Assembly (NCBI RefSeq): GCF_000142905.1
Contig: NW_013657646.1
Span: 326,531 to 390,530 of the forward strand
Source of the DNA: Thecamonas trahens ATCC 50062
Lineage: Eukaryota > Protista > Apusomonadida
Reading direction: 5' to 3'
Length of the DNA stretch: 64,000 nucleotides
Part shown: piece by piece, positions 21,228 to 34,005 of the stretch
Layout: each line of letters opens with the position of its first letter
Position numbering within the stretch: the stretch's first letter is position 1
Program-made: the position numbers and the translations under genes
The notes under the pieces: model-generated
Told to the model about the DNA's origin: nothing
Database searches by the model: none
The model's input: only the letters and a program-made list of their open reading frames with translations

Positions 21228-22469
21228 CTACGACGACGCAGAGCTCGATGTCGAGCAGGTGTTGGCCGAGACGGCGGTGGTGAGAGCTGACGAGGACGAC
21301 GACGACGACGACGGCGACGATGCGGTGGGGAGGAGTGTCGAGCCGGCCATGAGCCACGAGCGGACGCGGCCGACGAGTGCACCGGTGATGAGCAGCTGTA
21401 GCGGGTGGTAGAGGAGGAGCGGGATGGAGACAGGACCAGACTCGTCGTCGTCGTACATGAGCTGGATGAGGGTGATGCCGACAGCGACGGTCTTGTGGGC
21501 GGCGCCGGCGATGGCGGCGGCGGTGTCGGCGCGAGTGAAGCCAAGGAAAGGCAACTGTGAGGAGAGGAAGACAAGGAGCTGAAGGATGAGGTGCGAGGCG
21601 ACGAGGATGATGACCAAGCCAAAGAGAGCGCGCCACGAGAGGTCAACGCCCTTGTCAAAGGTCTTGGCAAAGGTGAAGAAAATGATGATGAGGAGGACAA
21701 CCTTGGAGATCTTGGCGTAGGGGATGGAGGCGCGAGCAAGTCGCTCGCGGAAGGCGTACTGCAAAAACTGGCCGATGACAATGGGGATGAGGATGGAGAT
21801 GACGAGGTCGAGGAGCAGCTTGCTCGCCGAGACCGAGCCCGAGTTGCCAAGCAGGACAACAAGGAGAAGCGGCGAGAGAATGACGCCGACAAGGTTTGTA
21901 AAGGTGGCGTTGAAGAGCGAGGCTGCATCGTTGCCGCCCATGGCCTTGGCAAGGACAATCTGGGAAGAGATGGTGGAGGGGAGGACGCCCATGACGACAA
22001 GGCCATCCAGCAGATCCTCGTTGGAGAACCAGTCGGAGAGATCCAGGAGATAGCGGAGAGCAAACCAGGCGATGGGTGAGAAGACAAAGACCCAAACGAA
22101 AAAGTACAGGTTGTATTTCCAGTACAGAGCTGATTTGCCCAACTCTCGGGTCTTGAGCGAGAGGCCGGAGAGAAGAAAGATGAGGCCAACAGCGATGTAC
22201 TTGACCGAGTACTGCGGATACAACGGAGCTTGATTCCGTCCAGCCTCAGGATAAATCGCCGCCAGGATGACGGCCAGCAGCATGCCAGACAAAAACCACT
22301 GTTTCATCAGCACCCGCTTGACCACTCGAAAGCTGTTGCCCGACACGGCCAAGTCCGCCTCGACTGCCGCCAGACTCGCCCGCAGCGCCGTAAGCTCTGC
22401 CACCAGCTGCTCCGACTGAGGCGTGGGCTTGTCATGGAATGACGGTTCCGAGTATCTTCCAGTCGACAT
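21228..22469 (-). CDS. SLC10A7: Sodium/bile acid symporter family 7 (SBF-like)
   Basis: QWFLSG, IFLLSGLSLKT, LPSTISS, GGNDAASLFNA, HKTVAVG and PLLLYHPLQL motifs. Confidence 0.92.
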   Translation of the reverse strand: MSTGRYSEPSFHDKPTPQSEQLVAELTALRASLAAVEADLAVSGNSFRVVKRVLMKQWFLSGMLLAVILAAIYPEAGRNQAPLYPQYSVKYIAVGLIFLLSGLSLKTRELGKSALYWKYNLYFFVWVFVFSPIAWFALRYLLDLSDWFSNEDLLDGLVVMGVLPSTISSQIVLAKAMGGNDAASLFNATFTNLVGVILSPLLLVVLLGNSGSVSASKLLLDLVISILIPIVIGQFLQYAFRERLARASIPYAKISKVVLLIIIFFTFAKTFDKGVDLSWRALFGLVIILVASHLILQLLVFLSSQLPFLGFTRADTAAAIAGAAHKTVAVGITLIQLMYDDDESGPVSIPLLLYHPLQLLITGALVGRVRSWLMAGSTLLPTASSPSSSSSSSSALTTAVSANTCSTSSSASS

Positions 22470-22732
22470 GGAGGATGGGAATGGGCCGTGGGGGCTGGGG
22501 GGTGAGGTGGGGGAGAGCTTGGTTGTGGCCGTGGCCACAGCCGTGGCGGAGAGTGGCGGCCGAAGTGGTGGAGGGATCGGAGGCGGCGGCATGGAGGGGG
22601 GGGGGNNNNNNNNNNNNNNNNNNNNNNNNNNNNNNNNNNNNNNNNNNNNNNNNNNNNNNNNNNNNNNNNNNNNNNNNNNNNNNNNNNNNNNNNNNNNNNN
22701 NNNNNGGGGGGAGGTTTGTGAGGAGTGGAGGA

Positions 22733-25700
22733 CTACGGCTGGAAGAAGGCGAGGAGGCCGCCGCCCTTGGCCTTGGCAAAGACTGTGCCGGGCGGCTTGG
22801 AGGCGTGGGAGGCGTTGCGCGGGGCGATGGTGCAGACGAGATCCTTGCCGGGCTTCTTGATGGCGGACGGGTTCTTGGGATCGGCCACGCGCGAGTTGTT
22901 GAAGCGGAGGGCCTGCTCAAACTTGACGGGCATGACCTTGCCGGACTGGTCGAGCGACTCGTAGAGGACGGTGACGAGCTCGGAGACGTGCTCCTGACCG
23001 GAGAGGCCGACGTCGACGACAAAGTCGCGGAGCGGCGACTCCATGCGGATGACGACGACGGTGTCTGCAGCGGGTGAGACGGCGACTTCCTTGACCTGTG
23101 AGATGGGCGAGGGCTCCTTCTTGATGACGTACTTTTCCGGGTCGTACTTGTAGATGGAGCGGTCGGTGACGATGAGGACGCGGACCTGTGGCTTGAGCTT
23201 GGGGTTGATCTTGACGACGCGGGCGGCGTAGGCGACGCGGGTGTCGCCGTATGTCTGGAAGAGGAGCTGGACAGCGTGGACAAAGTCCGGGTCCGACTCG
23301 AGGTAGTTGGCGTCAAAGGAGCGGCCGGGCGACCACGGCTTCTTGCCGGAGAACAGGTCCATGGCGAGGATTTTCTGGCGCATGCGGTACTGCTCCTCGG
23401 GGTTGAGCGAGGTGACCATTTTGTAGGCCCACCACTTGTGCCAGATCTGGTAAAAGTAGGCAAAGGCCTCGGAGAAGCGGCCCCAGGGCTCGGGCCAGCG
23501 GGTGTACTTGCCAAAGTACGGGTCCGAGGCAGCCGAGCCAAAGGCCTGCCAGACGGCAAAGACGTCGTTGCGGCAGCGGTAGTTGATGTAAGCACGGACG
23601 ATGGTGGCTGCGGCGCGGGTGAACTTGAGCTTGCGACGGAGCTCCTCGCGGTGCGAGAGGTACCAGCGGCGGGTGGCAAAGGCGCGCCAGTTTTTCTGGA
23701 TGATGATGGCAATGTCGGGCATGACCTGGGCGCGGGTGGTCTCGAGATAGAGGAAGAGCTTGGCGTCCTTGATGAACACCTTTGTCTTGCCCATGCGGTA
23801 CTCGGCCGGGTCGATGCCGAGGTCGTTGAGGATCTGCAGGGTGCCGTCGTAGTCAGAGCCGTACCAGTTGGGCCAGGTCGAGGTGGTGAGGAGCTTGTAG
23901 CGGCGAAGAAAGTTTGCAAAGTGCATGCGCTGGCAGAAGCCGGCTTTGCGGACGCGGACGGTCTCGACGAGGTTGAGGTAAACGATCTGGTGGTCAACGC
24001 GCTCGCGGTTCATGTACAGGGCGCGCTTGAGGTCGTTCGACTTGATGCAACGGATGTAGTGCGGCTCGCACTGCTGGAGGGTGGAGATGAGATCACAGAC
24101 GGCGCGCTTAAACTGGAAGCCTGCGGTCTCGGGCCGCTTCTTGTTGTTGAGCAGCTTGTCTGCATCGCGGAAGAGGTATGTGACGAGGCGGTGCTTGGAG
24201 CCGAGGCAGGCCTGGATGAGGTCGACATTGAGCTGGTCGCGGTTCTTCTCGAGGAAGAGTTCGGCCGAGTAAACGACCTGGCCGGCGTAGTGGTGGATGC
24301 GGAAGTCCGAGGGGCCGAGGTGGCGGTCACGCGACGACGAGGCGGTGTCAAAGTGGTCGTGCGTGCCGAACGAGTTGGTGAACTTGTCGACGAGGTCGCG
24401 CGGGGTCGACTGGCCGACGAGGCAAGCCTCGTCGAGAAGCGGGATGAGGCCGATGCGGCGCTGGCCCTCGATGAGCGAGATGATGGGCTGGTTGTCAAAG
24501 TAGTCGATTTCGGTCCACTCGATGCCCTCACGGAGGTACTCCTCCTGCTCGGAGCGGAGGACGTTGTTGATGAACAGCTGCTGGAGCTTCTCGTTGCAGT
24601 AGTTGATGCAGAACTGCTCAAACGAGTTGACCTCGAAAATCTCAAATCCGTAGATGTCGAGGACGCCGATGCGGACCTGCGAGTAGCCCGAGGTCACCTT
24701 GAGCTTGTCGTTGAGCCGCTCGACAACCCAACCAAAGACGCGGTGGTAGAGCTCCTTGGCCAGCGCGTCGCGGGTAAAGACGGCCTGCGCGAGGTCGAGC
24801 TGGACGGTGATCTCATTCTTGCGCGCACCAAAGCCGGTGGTGATGGTCCGGGTCGTGAGCGCCGCATTGAGCACTGCTGGCGAGATCTGCAGCAGCTTGG
24901 CGACGGCCGAGACTGCAGACTTGTCGACAATCTCGACGCAGTCGGTGTTGGTCTGCTGCGACTTGGCCACGTCCTCGCGGTACTGCACGTTGCCGAGGTG
25001 AAGGACGGCGGCGAGGATCTGAGTGACGTAGCCAAAGTCTGCGCGGGCCCAGCCAAGCGTCTGCATGGCCTGCACAACCTCGTTGTAGTCCTTACCGTCA
25101 TTGATGGTGTTGACGGTGTAGCACGACGAGAGCGAGAGGTACTGGTACTGGCTCGGGTCTGCCACCAGGCCGAGCGACGAGAGGAGCGACGGCTGCGAGA
25201 GGATCTGGTAGAAGATGTGGAAAGAGCGCTCGCCGTCAGCCCGGGTCACCACCCGCGACTTTTCCAGCAGGTACTGTGAGATCTGCCCGCCGAGCGGGGT
25301 GCCGGCGTAGTCGAAATCAAGCTGCATGTACTTGCCGAACCGCGACGAGTTGTCGTTGCGCAGCGTCTTGGCGTTGCCAAACGCCTCCAGAATCGGGTTC
25401 GACTGCAGCAGCCGCTCCTTGATGGCGTCGGCCTCGGCAGACGCCGCAGAAACGTGCGCAATGTACCGCATGAAGATCTTCGACGCCTCGGTCTTCCCGG
25501 CTCCGGACTCGCCTGTGATGATCACGCATTGGTCGCGCTTCGAGTTGATCATCGACCGGAACGTGTCCTCGGCGAGAGCGTACACGTGCGGCTGCACCTC
25601 GTACATGAACTTGTTGCGATAGTCATCCATCGACACAGTCGCCACAGGCAGGTCGCGCTTGAACGGGTTAACCGACACGACTTGCTCGCCAACATTGGTC

Positions 25701-26463
25701 TGTCGGCGGGAGGGGGGTGAGTGGCGAGGTGGGGTGGAGAAAAAAAAAGCTGTCCAGCAGAGATTACACGTGAACAATGTGAAAGGCTCAACAAAATAAG
25801 GTCAAGCCGCCATCCGCACCTGCCCCGCGCGACCACCTTTGGCAAAGGCAGCAGACTGCAAACCAGGCCAACTAACATCCATTGCCCTTCTCCAGCAGAG
25901 GAAGGGAGGAGGAAGGGGAGGGGGGGGGGGAGGGAGGGAGGGGGAAAGGCGGTGTAGGCGAAAGGGCAGAAAAAATTGCCCCCTTCACCGTTATGCAGCC
26001 GGTCGGCAAAGCATTGAATGACGGGTGGGCGGAGGAGGCGAGGAGAGCGGGGGCGAGAGGGGGAGGTGGGGGGAGGGGGGGGGAGGGAGGGGGGAGAGAA
26101 GAGGGAGGGTGCGGTGGGAGGAGGAAGGAGGGGGGCGGGAGGGGAGGGAGAGGGGGGGAGGGTGCGGGGGGAGGGAGGGAAGGAGGAGGGACGGAGAGCG
26201 TGGGTGGTTGGCCGCTTGCTGGTCGCTGGGTGAGCTGCAAAATTGGGGAGGCAGTGCGGCGGGGGGAGGGAGGGGGAGGGGAAGGGGCAGGTGATGGTGG
26301 ACAGGGAGGTATGGGGAGAGGGAGAGGGGAGAGGGGGGCGTACATAGATGAGACCCTTCTGGAAACGGAGCTCGAGGTTGTCCATGAAGCCACGGTGGGA
26401 GACATCGTCAAGGAGGGTGAAGTCGAACAGGCCCTCGCCCTCGCGGAACATGGAGGCGGTCAT
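22733..26463 (-). CDS. Class I myosin, short-tailed (motor-IQ-TH1); join(26463..26344,25699..22733)
   Basis: GESGAGKTEASK, NDNSSRFGKY, LDIYGFE, PHYIRCIK and GKTKVFIK motifs; IQ motifs; TH1 motif VVKINP. Confidence 0.96.
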
Positions 26464-26557
26464 GGCCGGCGAATGGGTGGTGGTGCGACAAGTGGCAAGC
26501 ATTGTGTACGGCAGTGGCTCAGAGGGGGGGCGAGCTTCAGATCAGAGTGTGGCAACT

Positions 26558-28019
26558 TTAGTCGAGCTTGGAGAGCGAGTTGCGGTAGAGGATGGGGTCG
26601 TTGGGGATGGACATGCAGCAGAGGGCGCAGGTGGCGGCGAGGAAGACGAGGAGGAGGAAGATCGAGGTCCAGAAGGCGGCCTGCCAGATGCCGGCGCGCG
26701 AGGTGTCGTACGTGGGCGTGGTCGAGTTTCCGAACGAGGTGGCGCGCGGAGCAAGGACGGTGGCGTGCGGCGCAGGGCTCGTCGCGCAGGCGATCGATGC
26801 CGGCGCCAGCTCGGCCGAGAGCGCCGACGCCGACGCGCAGAGCTGGTCGCGGGCGGCGGGCGGGAGCGAGCGGGAGACAAAGACGTTGGGAAGGGCCATG
26901 CCAAACGAGGCGCCCGAGGCCAGCGAGATGTCACCGACAACCTCGCGGGCGGCATCGGCGAACGCCGCAGTCACGCCGTACGCCGGAGTGGCGACCGTGA
27001 GCGCGGCAGCGGCGGCGGCGTCGCCGGAGGCAGCGGCAGCAAGGTCGGCCGAGGCTGCGGCGGCAAGATCGGCAAGCGCGGCGGCAAGGCCAGTCGAGAG
27101 CGGTGCGGCCGCGCCGTGGGCGTACTGCGCCTTGGCAAGGCCGGTGAGCGCGAGCGCAAAGACGTCGGGCGTGTCGTCGGCAAGGAGTGCGGCGAGAGCA
27201 GGGAGCTCGCCGGCAGCCAGAGCGCGGGTGAGGCCCGCGGCTGCTGACAGCTCGGCGGCGGCGAGCGCGACTGCGGGATCGTCACTAAAGCGGGCAACGA
27301 GGTCGGCGAGCGCGTGCGGGACCGGCCCAGCGAGGACCGCCGACGGAACGAGCGACTCGTCCGAGNNNNNNNNNNNNNNNNNNNNNNNNNNNNNNNNNNN
27401 NNNNNNNNNNNNNNNNNNNNNNNNNNNNNNNNNNNNNNNNNNNNNNNNNNNNNNNNNNNNNNNNNNNNNNNNNNNNNNNNNNNNNNNNNNNNNNNNNNNN
27501 NNNNNNNNNNNNNNNNNNNNNNNNNNNNNNNNNNNNNNNNNNNNNNNNNNNNNNNNNNNNNNNNNNNNNNNNNNNNNNNNNNNNNNNNNNNNNNNNNNNN
27601 NNNNNNNNNNNNNNNNNNNNNNNNNNNNNNNNNNNNNNNNNNNNNNNNNNNNNNNNNNNNNNNNNNNNNNNNNNNNNNNNNNNNNNNNNNNNNNNNNNNN
27701 NNNNNNNNNNNNNNNNNNNNNNNNNNNNNNNNNNNNNNNNNNNNNNNNNNNNNNNNNNNNNNNNNNNNNNNNNNNNNNNNNNNNNNNNNNNNNNNNNNNN
27801 NNNNNNNNNNNNNNNNNNNNNNNNNNNNNNNNNNNNNNNNNNNNNNNNNNNNNNNNNNNNNNNNNNNNNNNNNNNNNNNNNNNNNNNNNNNNNNNNNNNN
27901 NNNNNNNNNNNNNNNNNNNNNNNNNGGGGGGGGGGGGGAGCGGGCGTACCGCAGACTGCCACCGCGAGGAGGCATGCTGCTGTAAGAGCAGCTGCAAGGG
28001 TACGCAAGTTCATGCGCAT
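26558..28019 (-). CDS. ATP6AP2: V-ATPase accessory protein / (pro)renin-receptor-like, interrupted by a gap
   Basis: Signal-peptide exon MRMNLRTLAAALTAACLLAVAVC|GTACGC. C-terminal TM followed by MSIPNDPILYR, similar to MDPGYDSIIYR. Confidence 0.75.
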
Positions 28020-28665
28020 GGTGATGGTGTGTATAAAGGCAACGGGGTGGAGCGGAGGGGTGGACGGTGGGGAGGGAGGAGAAAGGGGTGAGGGAGGGAG
28101 GGGGGGGGGGGGAAGATCGGAGAATATGGGTGTAGGTGGTGGTGATTGTGGCAGGTGGTGGACTGCCTGCGTGTTGTTGCATGGCTGCGTCATGGTGACG
28201 ATCGGGCCAACCAGCACATCGTTGTCGCAGTACGGTACAGCAGACCGTGGCGCAAAAGTCGGGGCCTGGGCAGTTGCTCATCCTACGTGGCTACAGAACG
28301 AGGTTGCCCTCGCCGAGCTGGAGCTCAACGCCGTCGAGAACAAAGTCACAAGGTAAGGACGGCCCAACAAAAGAGAGTCGGCAAAGAGCCGTCGTCGACG
28401 GGACTGAGAGATGGCGTCCCATGCTCATCCAATGGGACAAGGGAGGCAGGCGCTCCTTGTCTCGCACAGCCGATCCGACCACCGGCGTAACCATGAGCGG
28501 GAAGGTGAGGGGAGCAGGGGGGGGGGGGGGACCCCGAGAAAAAATACAAATGCGAACCCACGCGGAGACCTCGTCCCCCTTTTCGCGGAGAAAAAACCAG
28601 CACAGCACGTGTCCATTGCAGCAACAGGGCAGCCAAGCAGACACGACTACGACAACAAAGCAAAG

Positions 28666-29943
28666 ATGCCCGGCTGGTCCATTGACATGATTCTGCAGCT
28701 CTCGCCTGTGACAGCGACGTATGCGGCCGAGGACTATCCCGCTGTGGTCTCACTCATCGACGAGGTGCTTCTGTTGGAGGCCGAGGAGGAGGAGGACGAG
28801 GCACCTGACCTTCACGAGCAGATCGGCGGGCATCCTGGATGCCTTGTTCGAGGCATTCGCGGCACTTCGCTGCTTCGGATGGGCAAGTATCCGGAGGCCA
28901 TAGCCCAGTTTGATGAGCTCGTCGCAAAGTGGAACGAGATGAAGGGGCCCGACGATGAGCACACGCTGCAAGCCCGTGGCGATGCGCTGCAGGCGAGGTC
29001 TGAGGGCGGCGACATCATGGCTGCCCACAACGGGTTCAAGGAGCTCGACTCGGCGTGGGACACCTGGGCCGATGATCACGCCGACGATGTGACTGAGGAC
29101 AACCGGACGTTCTTTGAGTGGCGCATGCCGCTCGCAGAGAACATGCTCGCCCTCGGCGCCTGGTCCAACGTGCCGAAGCTGATGGAGAACATCCGCAACA
29201 TGGCCGAGTACACTCCACTCACTCCCGACAACTCGCCGCAGCTCTTTCTTGTCATGGATCTGTACGAGGCCCGCGCCGCGGTCGCCGCCGGTGCCGACGG
29301 CGCCCTCGCCCGCCTCGACGCAGCCATGGCTGCTCTCGACGCGCTGGAGGAGATGCGCCAGTCGACGCGGAGCATGTACCTCCGCCTCGCCAAGATCGAC
29401 AAGGCCACCGCCTTGATGGCTGCCGGCGACACCGCCGCTGCTGCCGAGCTGGCCGCTGCCGTCGTCGCCGACCGCGAGGCCCATGGCGTCGCCGGCGTCG
29501 CCGAGCACTTTGTTGCCCGCGCCATCGCCGCCGCGACCGGCGACTCGCCCGTCGACACCCTCACCGCTGTCATCGCCGATGCTGCTGCCGCCCTCCCTTC
29601 CCATCACCACTGCCTCCTCACCGCGCAGTATATGCTCGCCGACGCCACCGCCGCCGCTGGCGACGCGCAGGCCGCGCTGGCCCTCTTCCGCCAAGTCCGG
29701 GACGGCCGCCAGGCGGCCCTTGGCGAAGGCTCGCCGTACGTCTTCTTCGCCTCGCAGCGCGCCGCCGACATCATCGTCGCCCACGGCGACGCGTCTGGTG
29801 CCGAGGACCTCGACGACGCCCAGGACGCGCTCTCGCTCGCCCAAGCCATGCTCCGCGACAAGCTCGGTGACGACAGCCCGCACGTCGCTAGCATCGCCGC
29901 TTCGCTTGCTGCAGCCAAGACGGCAGGCAGCGGCAGCGAGTGA
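28666..29943 (+). CDS. Tetratricopeptide-repeat protein (TPR_10/12-like)
   Basis: Helical repeats with GPDDEHTL, LGEGSPYV and LGDDSPHV turns. Confidence 0.7.
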   Translation: MPGWSIDMILQLSPVTATYAAEDYPAVVSLIDEVLLLEAEEEEDEAPDLHEQIGGHPGCLVRGIRGTSLLRMGKYPEAIAQFDELVAKWNEMKGPDDEHTLQARGDALQARSEGGDIMAAHNGFKELDSAWDTWADDHADDVTEDNRTFFEWRMPLAENMLALGAWSNVPKLMENIRNMAEYTPLTPDNSPQLFLVMDLYEARAAVAAGADGALARLDAAMAALDALEEMRQSTRSMYLRLAKIDKATALMAAGDTAAAAELAAAVVADREAHGVAGVAEHFVARAIAAATGDSPVDTLTAVIADAAAALPSHHHCLLTAQYMLADATAAAGDAQAALALFRQVRDGRQAALGEGSPYVFFASQRAADIIVAHGDASGAEDLDDAQDALSLAQAMLRDKLGDDSPHVASIAASLAAAKTAGSGSE

Positions 29944-30150
29944 AGGAAAGCAGTAGCCAACAACAAACCTCACGTTGAACGTCCTGAATACGATCGGCCT
30001 CACTCCGCCCTGCGTTCCCGCCTCAGATGATGAGACGAGCTCGGGTGGCTGACCGACGCCACACCCACCACCGCCACGACCCGTTTTCGTGCACATGCAG
30101 GCCGCGTGTGATGGAGGCCCAGTACCGGTGCGGGCTGATCGAGCGTGTTG

Positions 30151-31809
30151 ATGGCGGCGAAGGGGAGTGGCAGTGGCGGCGAGGAGGCGAATGAATTGGC
30201 GTTTGGCGCGGAGAGCCGGAGCCGTGCCGACAGCCGCAGCCACGACGTCGGCCAGTGGTGGAATACCCAGCTCCAGGCCCAGGCCCAGCCACGTGCCCTC
30301 TCTGGTGACGAACGGGAGGTCGGAGATGAGCGAGGTCGCCACGCCGCAGAAGCAGCCCATGTCTGCCCTCCCCCGCCGACCCCGGCAGCTGTCCTCACCA
30401 CTGCCATGGTGACGACGGCGACGCCGACTCGTTCGCTGGCCACAGAGACAGACTCGCCAGTCCCGGACTTTTATCTCCAGCCGTCGCCGTATGCTGTTCG
30501 CTCACGCGGTCTCTCCGACTCGCCCATGTCAGCTTTGGGCCGCAGGGGAGATCCCAGTCTAGCTGCTCACCGCTCACCATCGCCAAGCCGATCGCCGCCG
30601 ACTCGGTCGCCGTCCCTGGCCTCGCAGCGGCCATCGCCGTCACTCTCTCCGCCGCAAGCCTCGTCGCCAGGCGTCCCGCCGCCGCAGATGTACTCGAGCG
30701 CGTTTGTAGCCGAGCTGCAGGCGCGGTATGAGCGGCAGCTGGAGGACATGCGCGAGGCCGCGAGCCTGCTGGTGGCGGAGAAGGAAGCCGAGGTCGCGGC
30801 GGCGCGGCGCGAGGCGAGCAATGCCGCGGCTGCCCGCGATCCCGACGCAGTCGCTGCCGCGCATGACGAGGTGCTCGCGCAGGTTGAGGCGAGCAATGAG
30901 GCGCACATGGTCCGCGAGGCCGGACTCGCCGAGCTCGCGCAAGCACGGGCGGAGGCCAAGGCCGACGTCGCTCGGCTGAAGGAGGAGCATGCACGCAAGC
31001 TTGCCGAGACCCGCGAGTGGTATGTGCAGCAGGTCCGGGACGCCGAGTCGGCGCGCGAAAAGGCGATGCAGGCGCTCGCCGCCGAGCGCGCTGCCGCAGG
31101 CTCGGGCACGGCCGCGGCCGTGGAGACCGTCAAGGCCGAGGCCCACTCGGTCATTCTCGAACTCCGCAACACGCTCGCCGCCGAGTCACAGGCGCTGGTG
31201 GAGGCGCGCGCCGCGCTCGACTCGGCCAACGCCTCCCGCAAGGCCGAGCTCCGCGTCCTCCGTAGCAAGTTTGACGAGTGCCTCCGCGTCCTCCAGATGA
31301 AGGAGGCTCAGTTCGAGGCTGCGCTCGCCCGTGCGGCCGAAGAGGCGCATCTTCGGGTGTCTGAGCTGGAGGACAAGCTCGCCGCCCGCGAGCGCGATGC
31401 AGAGCGCGCCGACGAGCTCCACGCCGCGCAGATCGCGTCTTACGCCACCAAGCTCGAGCGCTCGCAGGCTGCATTTTCAGACATGGAGCGCAGGCATGCC
31501 TCGCAGCTTGCGGCCGCCACCACAGAGCTCGACCGCCTCCGCACCCACTATGAGTCGGTTGCCGCCGAAGGCTCGACTGCCGTCGAGCGCGCCCGCGAGG
31601 CCGACTTTACCATCCGCAAGCTCCGCGACGAGAACGAGCTTCTCCTTGCCGAACTTGAGCTCAACGCCGCTGACGTCGAGCGGCTGCGCCAGGAGAACGC
31701 CCGCCTCGCCACTGAGCTTGAACGCATGGACTCGATGGTGTACGGCTCGGGCAAGAGCTCGCGCCGCGCCCGCTCTGGCACCGCCAAGCGCAAGGCTGGT
31801 CGTCGGTAA
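30151..31809 (+). CDS. Coiled-coil protein with an S/P-rich N-terminus
   Basis: Long ORF of heptad-rich A/E/R sequence with a basic tail; start uncertain. Confidence 0.75.
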   Translation: MAAKGSGSGGEEANELAFGAESRSRADSRSHDVGQWWNTQLQAQAQPRALSGDEREVGDERGRHAAEAAHVCPPPPTPAAVLTTAMVTTATPTRSLATETDSPVPDFYLQPSPYAVRSRGLSDSPMSALGRRGDPSLAAHRSPSPSRSPPTRSPSLASQRPSPSLSPPQASSPGVPPPQMYSSAFVAELQARYERQLEDMREAASLLVAEKEAEVAAARREASNAAAARDPDAVAAAHDEVLAQVEASNEAHMVREAGLAELAQARAEAKADVARLKEEHARKLAETREWYVQQVRDAESAREKAMQALAAERAAAGSGTAAAVETVKAEAHSVILELRNTLAAESQALVEARAALDSANASRKAELRVLRSKFDECLRVLQMKEAQFEAALARAAEEAHLRVSELEDKLAARERDAERADELHAAQIASYATKLERSQAAFSDMERRHASQLAAATTELDRLRTHYESVAAEGSTAVERAREADFTIRKLRDENELLLAELELNAADVERLRQENARLATELERMDSMVYGSGKSSRRARSGTAKRKAGRR

Positions 31810-32476
31810 TGAACCGCCACGGCACGCAGTCAAAGGCGCGGCCGTGCGCGATACGATGCGCTTTGGCTTGAGGTGATCAACTGACAATACAACACGTGGG
31901 ATGGCTTGGGATGGGGCGGTGGGGTGGTGGGGTGGAGAGGTGGAAGCATTTGATCACTCATTGCTGATCGCATAAATTCCCACAGTCTATGGATGGTGTT
32001 CCATAGGGAGTTTACTTGTGACCTGGGGATTTTTCAACTTGTGATCGCTACGATGGGCTCATGGATAGATGGCACATTGTCCCGCAACCGCTAATCCTCC
32101 ATCGATATGCTTGTTGCGAGGCGGCGATGTGCCGTGGCCGACACTTGCGTGCGTGTGGCGACGAGGTAGCGGCGGCGCGTATTTTTTGTGACAGTTGTCC
32201 AGCAGGGGCCTCGGCCAGCTCAACTTTTCCCAAGAAGCAGAGTGTGAGAGGACGGCCACATCGTCTCCCTTCTCGGTGCTCTTTCGAGTCGGGCACGATG
32301 GAGCACGAGCTGGTGCGGTAGACGGTGATGCCTGATCGCCCACAGCGGTGGACGCCACAGTGGGTGTTGCAGCGGTACTACTAAATTTCTTACTATCACC
32401 CACTGCTCCCCGTTTTACACGCCCAGGCGTGTACGTACCCCTTGCTCCGACGAGAGCCTGCGAGCGACAAGCCGCA

Positions 32477-34005
32477 ATGACGACGCCGTCTGCCGCAGCG
32501 GCCACCACCGCACTCTACCCTACACTCCTAGTACGCCCTCGTCCACCTCCTGTTCATTTCACCACCCCCCACCCTCACCATTACATTCTCCTCCCCCTTC
32601 CCACGCTAACCCCATGCACCCCACGCACCCCCGCTATTAAGCCTTGCCCGCACGTGCGAGTTGGCCATGGCTAGCCCCTCGTGCCGGTTGCCGCCACCAC
32701 CACCAACTCACATGTGCGACTTGGTCACTCCCCGCAACCCCCTCCCCCCGCAACCCCCGCCCCTCGCACACACATTGCCTCCCCCCCCCCCCCCCCCCCT
32801 TGCCTGTGGCACAGAGTGGCCATTCCGCAGGTAGTGGGTACGGACCATACGGTGGTGTAGCAGTGGGAGAACGTGAGCAACCGTGGTTGGCACTCGAGGC
32901 GCAGCATCCGTTCAGCACACCCACAACAACAACCACAACCACAACCACATCAACATCATCATCGTCATCATCACTGACAACAGCGTCGTTGTTGACTTCA
33001 AGCTCGACAAAGGCAGCAGCAGCGGCGGCGACATCAGCAGCATTGACAAGAAACATGCTTGATCTCTCGGCGCAGAATGGATGGGCCATTGGCTTTGCTC
33101 ATCTTGACTCGACCTCGCTCGAGCCCATGTCGATGACTGGCGGCTTTGGCTCGAACTCGGGCACGGCTGGCGGAAACGGAGCTGGCAACCATAACCAGGG
33201 CCATCTCTCGGCAGATGACATGATGGACGGTTTCACGCTGGTGGACATTGTCAATCAGGCGCCGGTTGCGTTTGACTTTCGCACCCGGTCGATCCGGCTC
33301 TCGCCGCCGCCAGCCGAGGCCGGCTCGAGAGTCATCGACGACGAGCCGTTTGAGCTCATCGACTTTGTGCCCAAGCTCGAGCAGGGCATCGAGGGCCTGA
33401 CCATGCTCTCGGCAGGCTCGCACCACGAGGGGCAGGCAGCGGCGACACCGACGTCAGGGGTGCCTGTCGGGCTTGCCGGCATGAGCGCGGCTCCCGCTCT
33501 GCAGGCGGCGCCGATGCACGTCGCAGCGGCGGCGCCAATCGTGCCCTTGGAGCTTGGCGTCGCGGGCGGGAGCTCGCGCAAGCGCAAGCGCAAGCGATCG
33601 TCGAGCAAGCCGACAACACCACAGAGCGTTGACGCGACCCGGGCACGCGTGCGCGCTGCTGCGTCGCAGGTTCCGGGCGTCACTTTTGTGCCCGACGAGA
33701 TGCCGGAGCTTGACGTTGCGCTCGCATCGTCCACCTCGCTCGCCAACGTCCGCATCTGCACAAGCGACCTCTCCAAGAAGGACGCCGACAAGTTGCGCAA
33801 AAAGAAGCATAACGACGTCGAAAAGCAGCGCCGCGTCCGTGAACGCATCGTCATGTCCAAGCTCACTGACCTTGTCAGACCGTTCCTAGGCCTCAACCCC
33901 ACCGCCAAGCCCATCAAGCTTGACGTCCTTGAAGGCGCCGCAGACTTTATCGAGCAACTACTTTGCGAGCTACCACCGGCCAAGCGGGCACATCTCCTTC
34001 AGTAA
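32477..34005 (+). CDS. bHLH transcription factor; join(32477..32530,32815..34005)
   Basis: KKKHNDVEKQRR...PIKLDVLEGAADFIEQL; NLS RKRKRKR; phase-0 GTACGC..CAG intron. Confidence 0.85.

Noticed and set aside
23276-25279. 667-aa antisense ORF in myosin and similar long antisense ORFs
   Set aside because: Expected from high GC3 codon bias; no protein motifs.
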